From Candidatus Uhrbacteria bacterium (lineage in GTDB: Bacteria > Patescibacteriota > Patescibacteriia > UBA9934): 64,000 nt of DNA. A program made the translations under genes and the position numbers. Each line of letters begins with the position of its first letter. Within the stretch, counting starts at the first letter, position 1. Under the pieces are notes generated by a model. The model did no database searches and was not told where the DNA came from. It saw nothing but the letters and a program-made list of their open reading frames with translations. Positions 49,016-58,265 of this stretch are shown in pieces. The DNA is taken from positions 40,067-104,066 of the forward strand of contig CAIKHN010000004.1 in assembly GCA_903827265.1 (NCBI GenBank). Direction: 5' to 3'.

Positions 49016-51328
49016 TTATCGTCGCGCAGTCTCTTCACTGACGTAATCTTCGAGCTTCACGCTCAGGAGTTTACTCACGCCATCGTCCCCCATGGTGACG
49101 CCATACAAGACATCCGCTTTTTCCATCGTAGCACGATTGTGGGTAATAACGATAAATTGCGTCAGTTTTCGCAGCTCGTTGATGATATTCGCAAATCGCA
49201 CGGTGTTCGCCTCATCAAGCGCAGCATCAACCTCGTCGAGAACAACGAATGGCGCAGGATTCGTTGCCATGATCGCGGAAACCAATGCAATCGACGTCAG
49301 CGCGCGCTCACCTCCCGACAACAGATTCAACGCCTTCAATCGCTTTCCTGGCGGCGTCGCCTGAATATCGATTCCGACGACGGAATCTTTGCGTTCCTGC
49401 ACTCTCTTCGCAATCGATTCGAGCGTGTCCACATTATCGTGATGAACAAGCTCCGCCGAACTGTCTGGATCCCCACCTTCGCGGGGATGACCGGATTCAT
49501 CGGTATCGAGCTCTTCTTTGGTCAACTTCACCAACGAACATCGCCCTCCTCCAAACAAAATCGCAAAATATTTCTGGAATTCCGTCGCAATATTCTTGAA
49601 CGCAACATCCGACTGCGCGCGAATCTGTTCGTCGAGCTCATCGATCACCTTTTCTGTGGACGAAATTGCCGACCGGAGATCGGAGACTTGCGTAGTCAAG
49701 AACGTCGATCGTTCCTCGGCCTCAGCAAACTCTTTCATGACCGATTCATCGATTCCGCCAATGAGTTCGAGTTGATGACGCAAACGCAAAATCCGATCAT
49801 GCGTTGGACCAATGTCGACGATACGATCGACTGGCGCAACGTTCATGATCGATTCCGCACTCTCCAATGTCGCATCTTCGATCTCCTTCTTCAGTCCTTC
49901 GAGTCGTGTTTCGACACGTGCAAGATCGATCGCGATCGTGTTCGCCTGTCCCTCGAGTCCCGATAATTCCTGCTGCAATCGCCTCACATCTTTCTGCACC
50001 GCGAACACTTCCGACGTCGCCGTTACAGAAGCCTTCGCCTTTGCGTCCATGGAAACTTCTGCGCGCTTCACCGAATCCTCGGCAGTCTTTACCGCCATCA
50101 GCGCATTCGCGATTGCGGAAATCGATTCCGCGCTCTGCACAAAATCTTCAGGGTTCGGTCGAGTAAGTCGATCGCGCAACTTCTTCGATCGCGCAGCGAT
50201 TCCATCAAGATCAGCAATGATTGGCGCAAGATCAGCGATATTCATTACGGATTTCAATCGACCAAGCAATGATTCGTGCGCAACAGAAACATCTTTCACC
50301 TCCGCAATAATGTCAGGAAGCGGCAACGGCGCCCACGTGGATTGTGATTTTACTTTCGCAAGCTCAAGCTCGCGCTCCAATGTAAAATGCGCCCGTCGAG
50401 CATCAGCTAAATCCTGCTGCGCTTTTTTATACTCGGCCTGTAGCGTCTGCATTGAATCCGCATCAGACGACGATGATGGAACCTGTGCTTTTTCGAGCGC
50501 AACAAGTTCGGTATCACGCGCATCGAGTTCAGCCTTCTTTGCAACAACAAGCGCCAATGCAGATTTCTGCCGAGCCTCAACCGCCGAACGTTCATCAATC
50601 CCATTCCACCACATCGTTCCGTAATACGCCGCCGACAATGCCTTGAGCTCACTCGCGACAACTTCACGATCGTTCAAACGTTTTACCTGTCTTCGTAACA
50701 ATGATAATCGAGGTTCGAGTTCGCGCAACACCATTTCCACGTCCGCAAGATTCTCTGCCGACTTCTGTAACTTCAACAATGCTTGATGTCGTTTAATCTG
50801 CAGACCACGAACACCTGTCGCGTCGTCAAAAAAAATCTTTCGCTCTTCCGGGGTCGCCGACAAAACCTGGTCGATCATTCCCTGACCAATCACTGAGTAC
50901 GAACGCTGACCAACACCAGCCTCGGCGAGAAGTAATTGAATATCAGCAAGGCGAACCGTTTGACCATTCAAAAGATACTCCGATTCCCCGTCGCGATAGA
51001 GCCGACGAGTAATAACGACTTCATTGAAAGAAACATTCAACGACTTGTCAGAGTTATCAAATGTAAGGCTCACCTCAGCAAAACCGGAACGACCGCGACC
51101 TTCCGAACCGGAGAAAATCACATCTTGCGCCGACTTGCCTCGAAGCAGTTTCATCGACTGCTCACCCAAACACCACCGAATCGCGTCGGCAATATTGCTC
51201 TTTCCGCTTCCGTTTGGTCCAACCACCACGGTCACCGCGTGATCGCCGGTTTTCGGCCCCGGAAACACAAGCGAGGTCTTCTGAGCAAACGTCTTAAATC
51301 CCTGAATTTCCATCGCCGACAGGTACAT
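49016..51328 (-). CDS. smc: SMC-family ATPase, short form
   Basis: GFKTFA, GPNGSGKSN, IGQG, LSGGER, LDEVDAALDEAN, ITHN; only 770 aa. Confidence 0.9.
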   Translation of the reverse strand: MYLSAMEIQGFKTFAQKTSLVFPGPKTGDHAVTVVVGPNGSGKSNIADAIRWCLGEQSMKLLRGKSAQDVIFSGSEGRGRSGFAEVSLTFDNSDKSLNVSFNEVVITRRLYRDGESEYLLNGQTVRLADIQLLLAEAGVGQRSYSVIGQGMIDQVLSATPEERKIFFDDATGVRGLQIKRHQALLKLQKSAENLADVEMVLRELEPRLSLLRRQVKRLNDREVVASELKALSAAYYGTMWWNGIDERSAVEARQKSALALVVAKKAELDARDTELVALEKAQVPSSSSDADSMQTLQAEYKKAQQDLADARRAHFTLERELELAKVKSQSTWAPLPLPDIIAEVKDVSVAHESLLGRLKSVMNIADLAPIIADLDGIAARSKKLRDRLTRPNPEDFVQSAESISAIANALMAVKTAEDSVKRAEVSMDAKAKASVTATSEVFAVQKDVRRLQQELSGLEGQANTIAIDLARVETRLEGLKKEIEDATLESAESIMNVAPVDRIVDIGPTHDRILRLRHQLELIGGIDESVMKEFAEAEERSTFLTTQVSDLRSAISSTEKVIDELDEQIRAQSDVAFKNIATEFQKYFAILFGGGRCSLVKLTKEELDTDESGHPREGGDPDSSAELVHHDNVDTLESIAKRVQERKDSVVGIDIQATPPGKRLKALNLLSGGERALTSIALVSAIMATNPAPFVVLDEVDAALDEANTVRFANIINELRKLTQFIVITHNRATMEKADVLYGVTMGDDGVSKLLSVKLEDYVSEETARR
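49465..49491. repeat. REP-like element in frame within smc
   Basis: ctggatccccaccttcgcggggatgac, encodes GHPREGGDP; homologue at 27096-27122. Confidence 0.75.
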
Positions 51329-51420
51329 AGTGAGGAAAGTGTAGCAGAATGAGGTTTTATGGTCGAAGACTGTACAAATTGGCTAATATTTGCTATATTA
51401 TAGTTCCACCTGGAAACCAA

Positions 51421-51714
51421 ATGTCTGCCATCATCTGGCTCCCTAAGAGCCCAGGAAGAGCATGCCCCTTCACCAAGGAGGAGCTCTCCGCACTCAATGA
51501 CGTCGCTCAGCGATGCATTAAGGAAGGCGTCCTCATCATGGAGACCGTCCTCGACTACCCCGTCATCGCACGACGGACGAAAGACGAGGGCGAGTACCGG
51601 AAATGCACAATGTTGATAAAGAAAAACGGCGCTCTCGAAGTCATGGAGGCGCTTGAGCACACAGCGAGAGGCCGGGATGTGGTCATCTTCGATAAAACCG
51701 AGACAAACAACTGA
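51421..51714 (+). CDS. hypothetical protein (cassette-like ORFan)
   Basis: 97 aa, upstream TGcTATATT, downstream hairpin ~51724-51748. Confidence 0.65.
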   Translation: MSAIIWLPKSPGRACPFTKEELSALNDVAQRCIKEGVLIMETVLDYPVIARRTKDEGEYRKCTMLIKKNGALEVMEALEHTARGRDVVIFDKTETNN

Positions 51715-51821
51715 TCATCACGCGACGACGCCCCACGGAGGCGTCGTTCTCGTTTTTTTTGCCTAAGGTCATTGATTTTTTCGCACTCTCTGCTACCATC
51801 CTTGCGCACCGAGGTCTCTCA

Positions 51822-52523
51822 ATGTCCGAACCGCTCACATTCCCGATCCCGACCCGTACCCCCATCAACGTCCTCTGGGCAGACCCGCTGAGTCTCCTCG
51901 GCGCGACGATCGATTCGTGCCCGCAAGATCTCCGGCCGATCCGCGATCTCTGTCTTGCGTTCACGCGATACTACGACCGGCTGAACCTCAAACTGCAATT
52001 CTGGATGCTTGGAGCGCTGACGCAAACAGAACTCGAGGGTCTTATCGCGAAAGCAGGATTCTCCGACCACAGCTGGTCGATCCTCAGCGAAGTCATGCAG
52101 CGGTTTGAACTACGCAACGGGGTAAACGCCGGACAGTGGGAAAGGCTCAAGGAAGGCGTCCTCGCGCAAGCTCGAAGCGGTGCAACAACATGGGAAGCCC
52201 TTCAGGAGCTGCATCTTGCAAACTACGAGGATCAGAACCCGTGGCGCGCCCGCCTGAATCGTGCCGGGCTGCCAGGATCCCTGGACGCCCGCGACATCTT
52301 CATCCACGAGATGCCCGATGAATTCCTCAAGTTCATGTACCAGCCCGCGCCTTCCGAGGCCTCCGCGCTTGGAGCCACAATGTTCGAGGTCTGCCTCGCG
52401 CTTCCGAACATCGGACGCCCCACGGAGGAACTCGTGAAACTGCGCAAGGAAATCGAGCATCAGATCGGCCCCCTGCCGCTCATGCTCACCCTAGAGCAAT
52501 GCGAAACGCTCCGAGGGTACTGA
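51822..52523 (+). CDS. hypothetical protein, weak resemblance to tandem RNAP alpha-CTD
   Basis: 233 aa, GC-rich, upstream TGcTACCAT and GAGGT, hairpin ~52546-52572. Confidence 0.7.
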   Translation: MSEPLTFPIPTRTPINVLWADPLSLLGATIDSCPQDLRPIRDLCLAFTRYYDRLNLKLQFWMLGALTQTELEGLIAKAGFSDHSWSILSEVMQRFELRNGVNAGQWERLKEGVLAQARSGATTWEALQELHLANYEDQNPWRARLNRAGLPGSLDARDIFIHEMPDEFLKFMYQPAPSEASALGATMFEVCLALPNIGRPTEELVKLRKEIEHQIGPLPLMLTLEQCETLRGY

Positions 52524-52625
52524 TCAACAATCCCCCACGCACGCCGACGGCGCTCCTCACGGGGCGCCGTTCGTTGTTGAAATGAGTGACAAAACCCCAA
52601 AGGCACGCTACACTTACCCTCTGGT

Positions 52626-53627
52626 ATGAACACCATTCTTGCCCAACACGTCATGGAACATATTGCCCGCGCAGAGCATATTCTTTTGCTGACCGACGAA
52701 CGCATTGACGGCGATACTCTCGGATCCACCATGGGGCTTTTTCATACGCTCACGAATCTTGGCAAGCGCGTCGACGTCTTTTCACCAAAGCCGCTTCCGA
52801 AAACATTTTCCTATCTTCCAATGATCGACATCATTCGCCGAGACGTCGATGTTCTCGCGCAGCCATCCATCGACCTCGCCATTGTGTGCGATTGTTCCGA
52901 CGGCGCGTACCTCCCCCCAGTCCTCGCAAAAATGGCGCACAAAGTTCCACTGATATCCTTCGATCACCATCTCACGAATCCGAACTACGGAACCATCAAC
53001 GTCATCGAACCAACCGCGGCAAGTACCGCTGACGTCGTGTGGCGATTTGTGAAGATTGCTGAATACCCAATTGCGCCGAATGCTGCGCAATGTTTTCTCA
53101 CCGGAATTATTACCGACACGCAAGTATTCTTTTCCGCCAACACCACGAACGCTGCAATCAAAGCCGCGGCTGAACTTGTACGACACGGCGCAAAACTCCA
53201 GGAAATTATTCGTGCAAACTACGTAAACAAATCCACAAACTTTTTGCGCATTTGGGGCATTGCACTTGAACGACTTTTCGCTGATGCGAATTTTGGCGGC
53301 ATCGCCACTGTCGTCACACAAAAAGACATTACGGACATTGGCGCTACTCCGGAAGAAATCGAAAGCATCGCCGGCGTTGTCTCAGAATTCCTCAATGCCG
53401 TTCTCGACGAAACGCACGACGTCATTGTGGTGTATCGGGAAACTGAAGATGGTGCCGTGAAAGGCAGCGCCCGTGCACGAACAAAGAACGTGGCCGAGAT
53501 TGCCGAGCGTCTTTATGGCGGAGGCGGACACAAATTTGCCGCCGGTTTTAAAGTACCAAATGCAAAAATGCAAAAAGCGACAGACGGAACATGGTCAATC
53601 ATTGGCACTCTTGCCAAAGGTGTATAG
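52626..53627 (+). CDS. nrnA: DHH-family phosphoesterase (nanoRNase/pAp phosphatase)
   Basis: DGDTLGS, DCS, FDHH, GIITDT, GGGGHKFAAG. Confidence 0.92.
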   Translation: MNTILAQHVMEHIARAEHILLLTDERIDGDTLGSTMGLFHTLTNLGKRVDVFSPKPLPKTFSYLPMIDIIRRDVDVLAQPSIDLAIVCDCSDGAYLPPVLAKMAHKVPLISFDHHLTNPNYGTINVIEPTAASTADVVWRFVKIAEYPIAPNAAQCFLTGIITDTQVFFSANTTNAAIKAAAELVRHGAKLQEIIRANYVNKSTNFLRIWGIALERLFADANFGGIATVVTQKDITDIGATPEEIESIAGVVSEFLNAVLDETHDVIVVYRETEDGAVKGSARARTKNVAEIAERLYGGGGHKFAAGFKVPNAKMQKATDGTWSIIGTLAKGV

Positions 53628-53688
53628 AGTCATTGCGCTTCCCCGGCTTCAAGACTATGGTCAAGGTCTGATTCTTTATATTTTTCAT

Positions 53689-53793
53689 ATGGAAGATCAG
53701 ACCTGTTCCGTGTGTGGCATGGCACTGAAGGACGGAAAGTGCAGCGGATGCCAAAAAGCACCCGCAGAGTGCGCCTGCCCCAAGAAAGCGTAG
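53689..53793 (+). CDS. 34-aa cysteine-rich peptide
   Basis: MEDQTCSVCGMALKDGKCSGCQKAPAECACPKKA followed by terminator aaagaaccgcc-tca-ggcggttcttt. Confidence 0.65.
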   Translation: MEDQTCSVCGMALKDGKCSGCQKAPAECACPKKA

Positions 53794-53875
53794 GATACAA
53801 AGAACCGCCTCAGGCGGTTCTTTTCAAACTCCAGACACTTTGATACACTTGCACACGTTCCAGTTCGACAGTTCT

Positions 53876-53950
53876 GCGGGTATCGTATAGCGGTTATTAT
53901 TCTAGTTTTCCAAACTCGAGATAAGGGTTCGACTCCCTTTACCCGCTCCA
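53876..53950 (+). tRNA. tRNA-Gly(TCC)
   Basis: gcgggtatcgtatag...ctagt-tttccaa-actcg...ggttcgactccc...ctcca; one mismatch in the anticodon stem. Confidence 0.9.
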
Positions 53951-54042
53951 CAAAGATCGTCTTCGTTTGAAGGCGATTTTTGTTTTGTAGTCGACAATTT
54001 TCCATATTTCATCTATAGATATTTCGTCACTCAGGAGAGGCT

Positions 54043-54513
54043 GTGATCACTGTTTACGCCATCTGTTTGGACGTCCATTTTCACCGCATGACCGCAACTG
54101 CCAAGGCGGCAATCCCAGACGATGTCGTCATCGACCTCACCTTCCACGACAACCACGGCACGTGGTTCCCCGCATACATACTGATGGCCGAGCGAGGAGG
54201 GTCAAGGGACATCCGCCTCATGCGCATCGACGACGAACGACTCTTCACACTCGAAGACGGTCATCGCGCCAACGAATCGCGCACTCAAGCAGACCTCAAA
54301 ACAGCGCTTGTGCAGCTCGCGCGCCAAGATCCGCAGCCACGTCATGTTCTCCTCGTCACTCACGCGCCGCATCCTGGGCTACAGGCTGTAGAAAATGGAC
54401 TCGCCCACCAGGTTCGGCCTGGTGACGCCGTGATTCACTACATCGAATTGGCCAACGGAACGGCGGAACATGCAATTCACTACGTCCCATGTCCGCTCCG
54501 TATGCCCGGGTAA
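54043..54513 (+). CDS. hypothetical protein (GC-rich ORFan; start 54043 or 54088)
   Basis: ORF directly after tRNA-Gly, hairpin 54518-54555. Confidence 0.65.
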   Translation: MITVYAICLDVHFHRMTATAKAAIPDDVVIDLTFHDNHGTWFPAYILMAERGGSRDIRLMRIDDERLFTLEDGHRANESRTQADLKTALVQLARQDPQPRHVLLVTHAPHPGLQAVENGLAHQVRPGDAVIHYIELANGTAEHAIHYVPCPLRMPG

Positions 54514-54561
54514 CGCCACGGCCCCGCGCTCTCACCACGAGAGAGCCGGGGCCGTTCGCAT

Positions 54562-55677
54562 TTATGACCGAAAGATAACTTTCACCTCACCCTCCACCGC
54601 ATCGACGCCGATGAGATCGCCATCGTGAATTGATTCGAGCAGTCCTTTCACATTCGTTACACACGGCTTTTTGAGTTCTCGGCACACAATCGCCGCATGG
54701 CTCAAAATACCACCCCAGGCCGTTACCACCCCACCAGCCTTCATCATCAACGGCAAAAAATCCGGCGTCGTCATATCAGTGACGAGAATCTCGCCGAGTT
54801 CGATATCGGCACCAGCGACATCGACGACCCGAATGACGCGGGCTCGGCCGGTGACGGAACCGCGGGAACCAATGTGGCCACGAAGAGCTCCAACCACCCC
54901 AGACCCCTCCTTGGGAAGGAGGGGGTTTTTCGTTTCTGAGTACACATCACCGAGCAAACGATTCCAGTCGATGAACCAGGTTCCGAATTGTTTTGATGAC
55001 GCGGTTTCGAAGTAGCCGCAGAGATATTCGCCGAAGAACTTCGCGCCGAATTCGGCAACAAGTTTTTCACGAACAGCGGGATCGATGACGCGCAATAATG
55101 CGAACACATCGAGAAGATGATTCTTGGCATCAATATTCTTTGGATTCGTTTCGATCGATGAGCCATTCCACGAAAACGTAATCGGCTCCGTTCCCACGTC
55201 GTAAAATCCTTGCGTCAGTTGATTGTGCGAACCCGCAACAATCTGACCAAACGCACCATGCTGATTGATAACAAAAATCGTGCTCCACACATGATCCGCC
55301 GGATGCGGAACGAAGTCTGCTTTGTATTTCTCGGGATCGATCTCTTGCAACGCAAACCACTTCATCGACTCCGTGATCGACGCACCGCGTGTTCGCAACT
55401 TCGGCAGCGAAGGATCAATCGGAATTAATCGCAACGCACAAAGCTCGCTTCCACGACTTTGCAAAAACTCCTCAAACCTTGGCGACGAATTCACTAACTC
55501 ACTCGCCGGAAATTGCGTTGGCCTATCGAACGGTAAACCAAAATATTCGTTCAGCACCGCAAGCCTCTCGCGCTTCTCATTATCCTCCTTCCGATGCGCC
55601 TCCGAATTCGCCAATCCCATTCTCTGAAACCATTCCGTTAATGAGATCTGTGTCTTGTACAGCGTCGAGAGGTCCAT
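54562..55677 (-). CDS. protein with C-terminal PEP-utilising phosphohistidine swivel domain
   Basis: GEILVTDMTTPDF, GGILSHAAIVCRELKKPCV, DGDLIGVDA.EG. Confidence 0.88.
   Translation of the reverse strand: MDLSTLYKTQISLTEWFQRMGLANSEAHRKEDNEKRERLAVLNEYFGLPFDRPTQFPASELVNSSPRFEEFLQSRGSELCALRLIPIDPSLPKLRTRGASITESMKWFALQEIDPEKYKADFVPHPADHVWSTIFVINQHGAFGQIVAGSHNQLTQGFYDVGTEPITFSWNGSSIETNPKNIDAKNHLLDVFALLRVIDPAVREKLVAEFGAKFFGEYLCGYFETASSKQFGTWFIDWNRLLGDVYSETKNPLLPKEGSGVVGALRGHIGSRGSVTGRARVIRVVDVAGADIELGEILVTDMTTPDFLPLMMKAGGVVTAWGGILSHAAIVCRELKKPCVTNVKGLLESIHDGDLIGVDAVEGEVKVIFRS
54893..54925. repeat. REP-like element in frame in the domain linker
   Basis: accaccccagacccctccttgggaaggaggggg (PLLPKEGSGVV), same family as 25224 and 37793. 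Confidence 0.7.
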
Positions 55678-55681
55678 AGAA

Positions 55682-56620
55682 TTACAACGTCGTAATTGGT
55701 CGAGACTGAACAATGTAAAACTCCCCCGATTGCATAGCCCATTCGATGTCGCACGGAAAACCGTAGTGTTTTTCAATGGCGATACAAATACTGCCGATGG
55801 ATTCGATTTGCTTTGCATTCAATTTCGCCGCTTCGCGCTTATCCAACGGAACATCGACAGTGACGTTTCCATATTCCCCACGAATCAACATCTTGTCTTG
55901 CTCCGACGTGTAAGTTTCGATGATGCTGTTCGTCTGCTTACTGACGATGTACGAATCCGGTGTGACGATTCCGCCGACGATGAACTCGCCGAGTCCCCAG
56001 CATGCTTCGATAATCATCTGATCGTGATCTTTCGTCACCGGATGCACCGTGAAGGCAATTCCGGCAACATCCGACTGCACCATTTTTTGAATGACGACCG
56101 CGACCGATACGTGAGTGTCTCGCATTCCCTTAGACATGCGATAGACGATCGCTCTCGGCGTAAAAAGCGATGCCCAACACTTCTTCACGTTCCCGAGCAA
56201 ATTCTTCTCCGTCGTATTCAAAAAACTCTCAAGCTCCCCCGCCCAACTCGCGGTCGATGAATCCTCTGCGGTTGCCGACGACCGCACTGCGACAAATTCG
56301 GAATCAAGCGCGGCGAACGATACGAGAATCTCTTCCTCAAGATCTTTTGGGAATCTCGCGTCATGAATGAGGTCATGCAACGCTCTTGATGCTCGCTCGA
56401 CACTCGCGACGTCCTCGTAATTCACTTTGTCGAGCTGCGCCTCAACCTCCGCCTTCAGCACAGTCTCCTCGAGGAACCGATCAAACGCGTCGCGCAACAC
56501 CACAAACCCTGGCGGCACCGGAATCCCCGCCTGCGTCATTTCCCCAAGGCTCGCGCCCTTTCCTCCGGCCAGATGCACGTCGTTTTTACTAAGCTCCTGA
56601 AATGGCCTGGTGAATTGCAT
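55682..56620 (-). CDS. PEP synthase/PPDK-type N-terminal ATP-binding domain (stand-alone)
   Basis: GGKGASLGEM, VPPGF, VAVRSSATAED, WGLGE.IVGG, DIEWA, VQSRPIT. Confidence 0.92.
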   Translation of the reverse strand: MQFTRPFQELSKNDVHLAGGKGASLGEMTQAGIPVPPGFVVLRDAFDRFLEETVLKAEVEAQLDKVNYEDVASVERASRALHDLIHDARFPKDLEEEILVSFAALDSEFVAVRSSATAEDSSTASWAGELESFLNTTEKNLLGNVKKCWASLFTPRAIVYRMSKGMRDTHVSVAVVIQKMVQSDVAGIAFTVHPVTKDHDQMIIEACWGLGEFIVGGIVTPDSYIVSKQTNSIIETYTSEQDKMLIRGEYGNVTVDVPLDKREAAKLNAKQIESIGSICIAIEKHYGFPCDIEWAMQSGEFYIVQSRPITTL

Positions 56621-56646
56621 ATGGAACGATGGTACTACAATTTTTT

Positions 56647-56838
56647 GAAGGGGTCAGGTCTTGATTTTGAGCATTTTGTTTCCAAAATGCACATTTACAA
56701 ACAATTTTTCTCGAAAATTATTTTTATTATCACAAAAGTGTCATTTTTCCAGACTTCCACAATGTCTTTATCCAAATATTCTTACGCTTTTGAATTGATC
56801 TATACCTAAAATGCTCAAAATCAAGACCTGACCCCTTC
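56647..56838. mobile_element. MITE/REPIN-like element with 31-bp perfect terminal inverted repeats
   Basis: gaaggggtcaggtcttgattttgagcatttt at 56647-56677 and its reverse complement at 56808-56838 around a 130-bp AT-rich core. Confidence 0.7.
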
Positions 56839-56905
56839 CGGATAAAACGAAAGACGAGGCCCCGCGCCGTTGCGCAGGAACCTCGTCGTGCTCGTGTAAT
56901 CGCGG

Positions 56906-57256
56906 CTAGCCGCCTTCGTTCTCGCCTTCGGCAGCTCGGTCTTCCTCAGCCGCGAACATCTCCTCGGCCGCGACCTGAATTCGCGCGAGAAGCGCATGGT
57001 CCTCCACGGGCTCGAACGTATCAGTCTCGTCTTCGTTCATCGTGTAGTAGTAGGCGTAGACGTTCGTGGACTCCGCGTTAACATCGAACTCGTCGACCGG
57101 ACACAGGAGCGCGAACTGCTCATTGTCCAGCTCCACAAGGCCGAGCCAGACGTGGTCGACCTCCGTCCCGTCCTCACCGATCAGGGTGACGATCTCGTCT
57201 TCCCCCGACTGATCGCTGCCACTATCGTCGCCTTCCTGCCCTTCGTTGCTCGACAT
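56906..57256 (-). CDS. acidic DUF1292-like protein
   Basis: IVTLIGEDGTEV...VELDNEQFALL.P...FEPVED; GGAGG SD. Confidence 0.75.
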   Translation of the reverse strand: MSSNEGQEGDDSGSDQSGEDEIVTLIGEDGTEVDHVWLGLVELDNEQFALLCPVDEFDVNAESTNVYAYYYTMNEDETDTFEPVEDHALLARIQVAAEEMFAAEEDRAAEGENEGG

Positions 57257-57348
57257 GGATCCCTCCGTGCCTTGGGGTTGGTGGATCTCCCCACGCGGCA
57301 GGCACGGTACAAGAAACCGTAAAATATGGCAAATGTAAGCGAAGATTG

Positions 57349-58254
57349 TTACGTGTTGAATGAATACAGCTCCAACGTGTGCCGTGCATTCGGCTCAATC
57401 GGCAGCTCGGTTAATGCCTGTTTCACCGGCATCCAAATATAATCTTGGGCTTCTTCGTTCAAAACAACACGACGAGAGTCGACGCGGACGACGTTGTCGA
57501 CGAAAAGGTGTTGGGTGCTTGTGTTATAGTAGCCGGAATTTCGGATTTGATCGAAGGTACAAATATGTTTGCCAACGAGGCCGTCGAGGCCCGTCTCTTC
57601 TTTTACCTCCCGCCGAAGCGCATCATTCACTCGTTCACGTCGGCGAACTTTTCCACCAACAATCGAAAACCGATGACCCCACTTGTGCGTTTTCACCAAA
57701 AGAACCTCACGTTCGTTGCCTCGAGGATCCGCGTACTCGATAATTGCTCCCGCCGTCACTACTGATCCTGGAATCATCAGCTGTTTCCAAAGTCGATCGA
57801 GCTTTGAATCGATCATCGATATCATCGCTGGGAACCTTCCGTGTTTCACGATGTATTCTGCAAGGTTCGCCGCACTCCACACTGCGTTCTCACCGATGTA
57901 CGCCGGGTGATCGACAGGTTTCGATGAAAAGAAACACGGAACATTTGTCGCCTGAGCAATACCGAGTTCATACGACGCACTCTTCCCAATGTATCCGCCA
58001 GGATTCACAAAATAACTAAACCCGTTCTCGCCGAGGTTACGTAGATTCTGCAGATACATGAGCTCGATCAATCGCGGATCGAACTGTTCCTCGCCTTTAA
58101 AAAACAAAAACCCGTCTTCCTCCTTCACAATTCCGCTCATCTGCGGTGCCAACACCTCAATTCCTGCGCTCTGAAAAAACTCCATCGCCTCCCCCATTTC
58201 GCGAAGATGTTTGCGCAGCGATCCATGAATTACACAGCGAAATCGATGAGCCAT
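57349..58254 (-). CDS. nucleoside 2-deoxyribosyltransferase-like domain fused to Nudix hydrolase
   Basis: N-terminal VIHGS...EVLAP...NPGGYIGKSASYELGIA; Nudix box GGKVRRRERVNDALRREVKEETGL. Confidence 0.8.
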   Translation of the reverse strand: MAHRFRCVIHGSLRKHLREMGEAMEFFQSAGIEVLAPQMSGIVKEEDGFLFFKGEEQFDPRLIELMYLQNLRNLGENGFSYFVNPGGYIGKSASYELGIAQATNVPCFFSSKPVDHPAYIGENAVWSAANLAEYIVKHGRFPAMISMIDSKLDRLWKQLMIPGSVVTAGAIIEYADPRGNEREVLLVKTHKWGHRFSIVGGKVRRRERVNDALRREVKEETGLDGLVGKHICTFDQIRNSGYYNTSTQHLFVDNVVRVDSRRVVLNEEAQDYIWMPVKQALTELPIEPNARHTLELYSFNT

Positions 58255-58265
58255 ATACACCACAT

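Noticed and set aside
54330-54375. Histidine phosphatase call from RHVLLVTHAP
   Set aside because: The N-terminal RHG catalytic motif is absent; left as hypothetical
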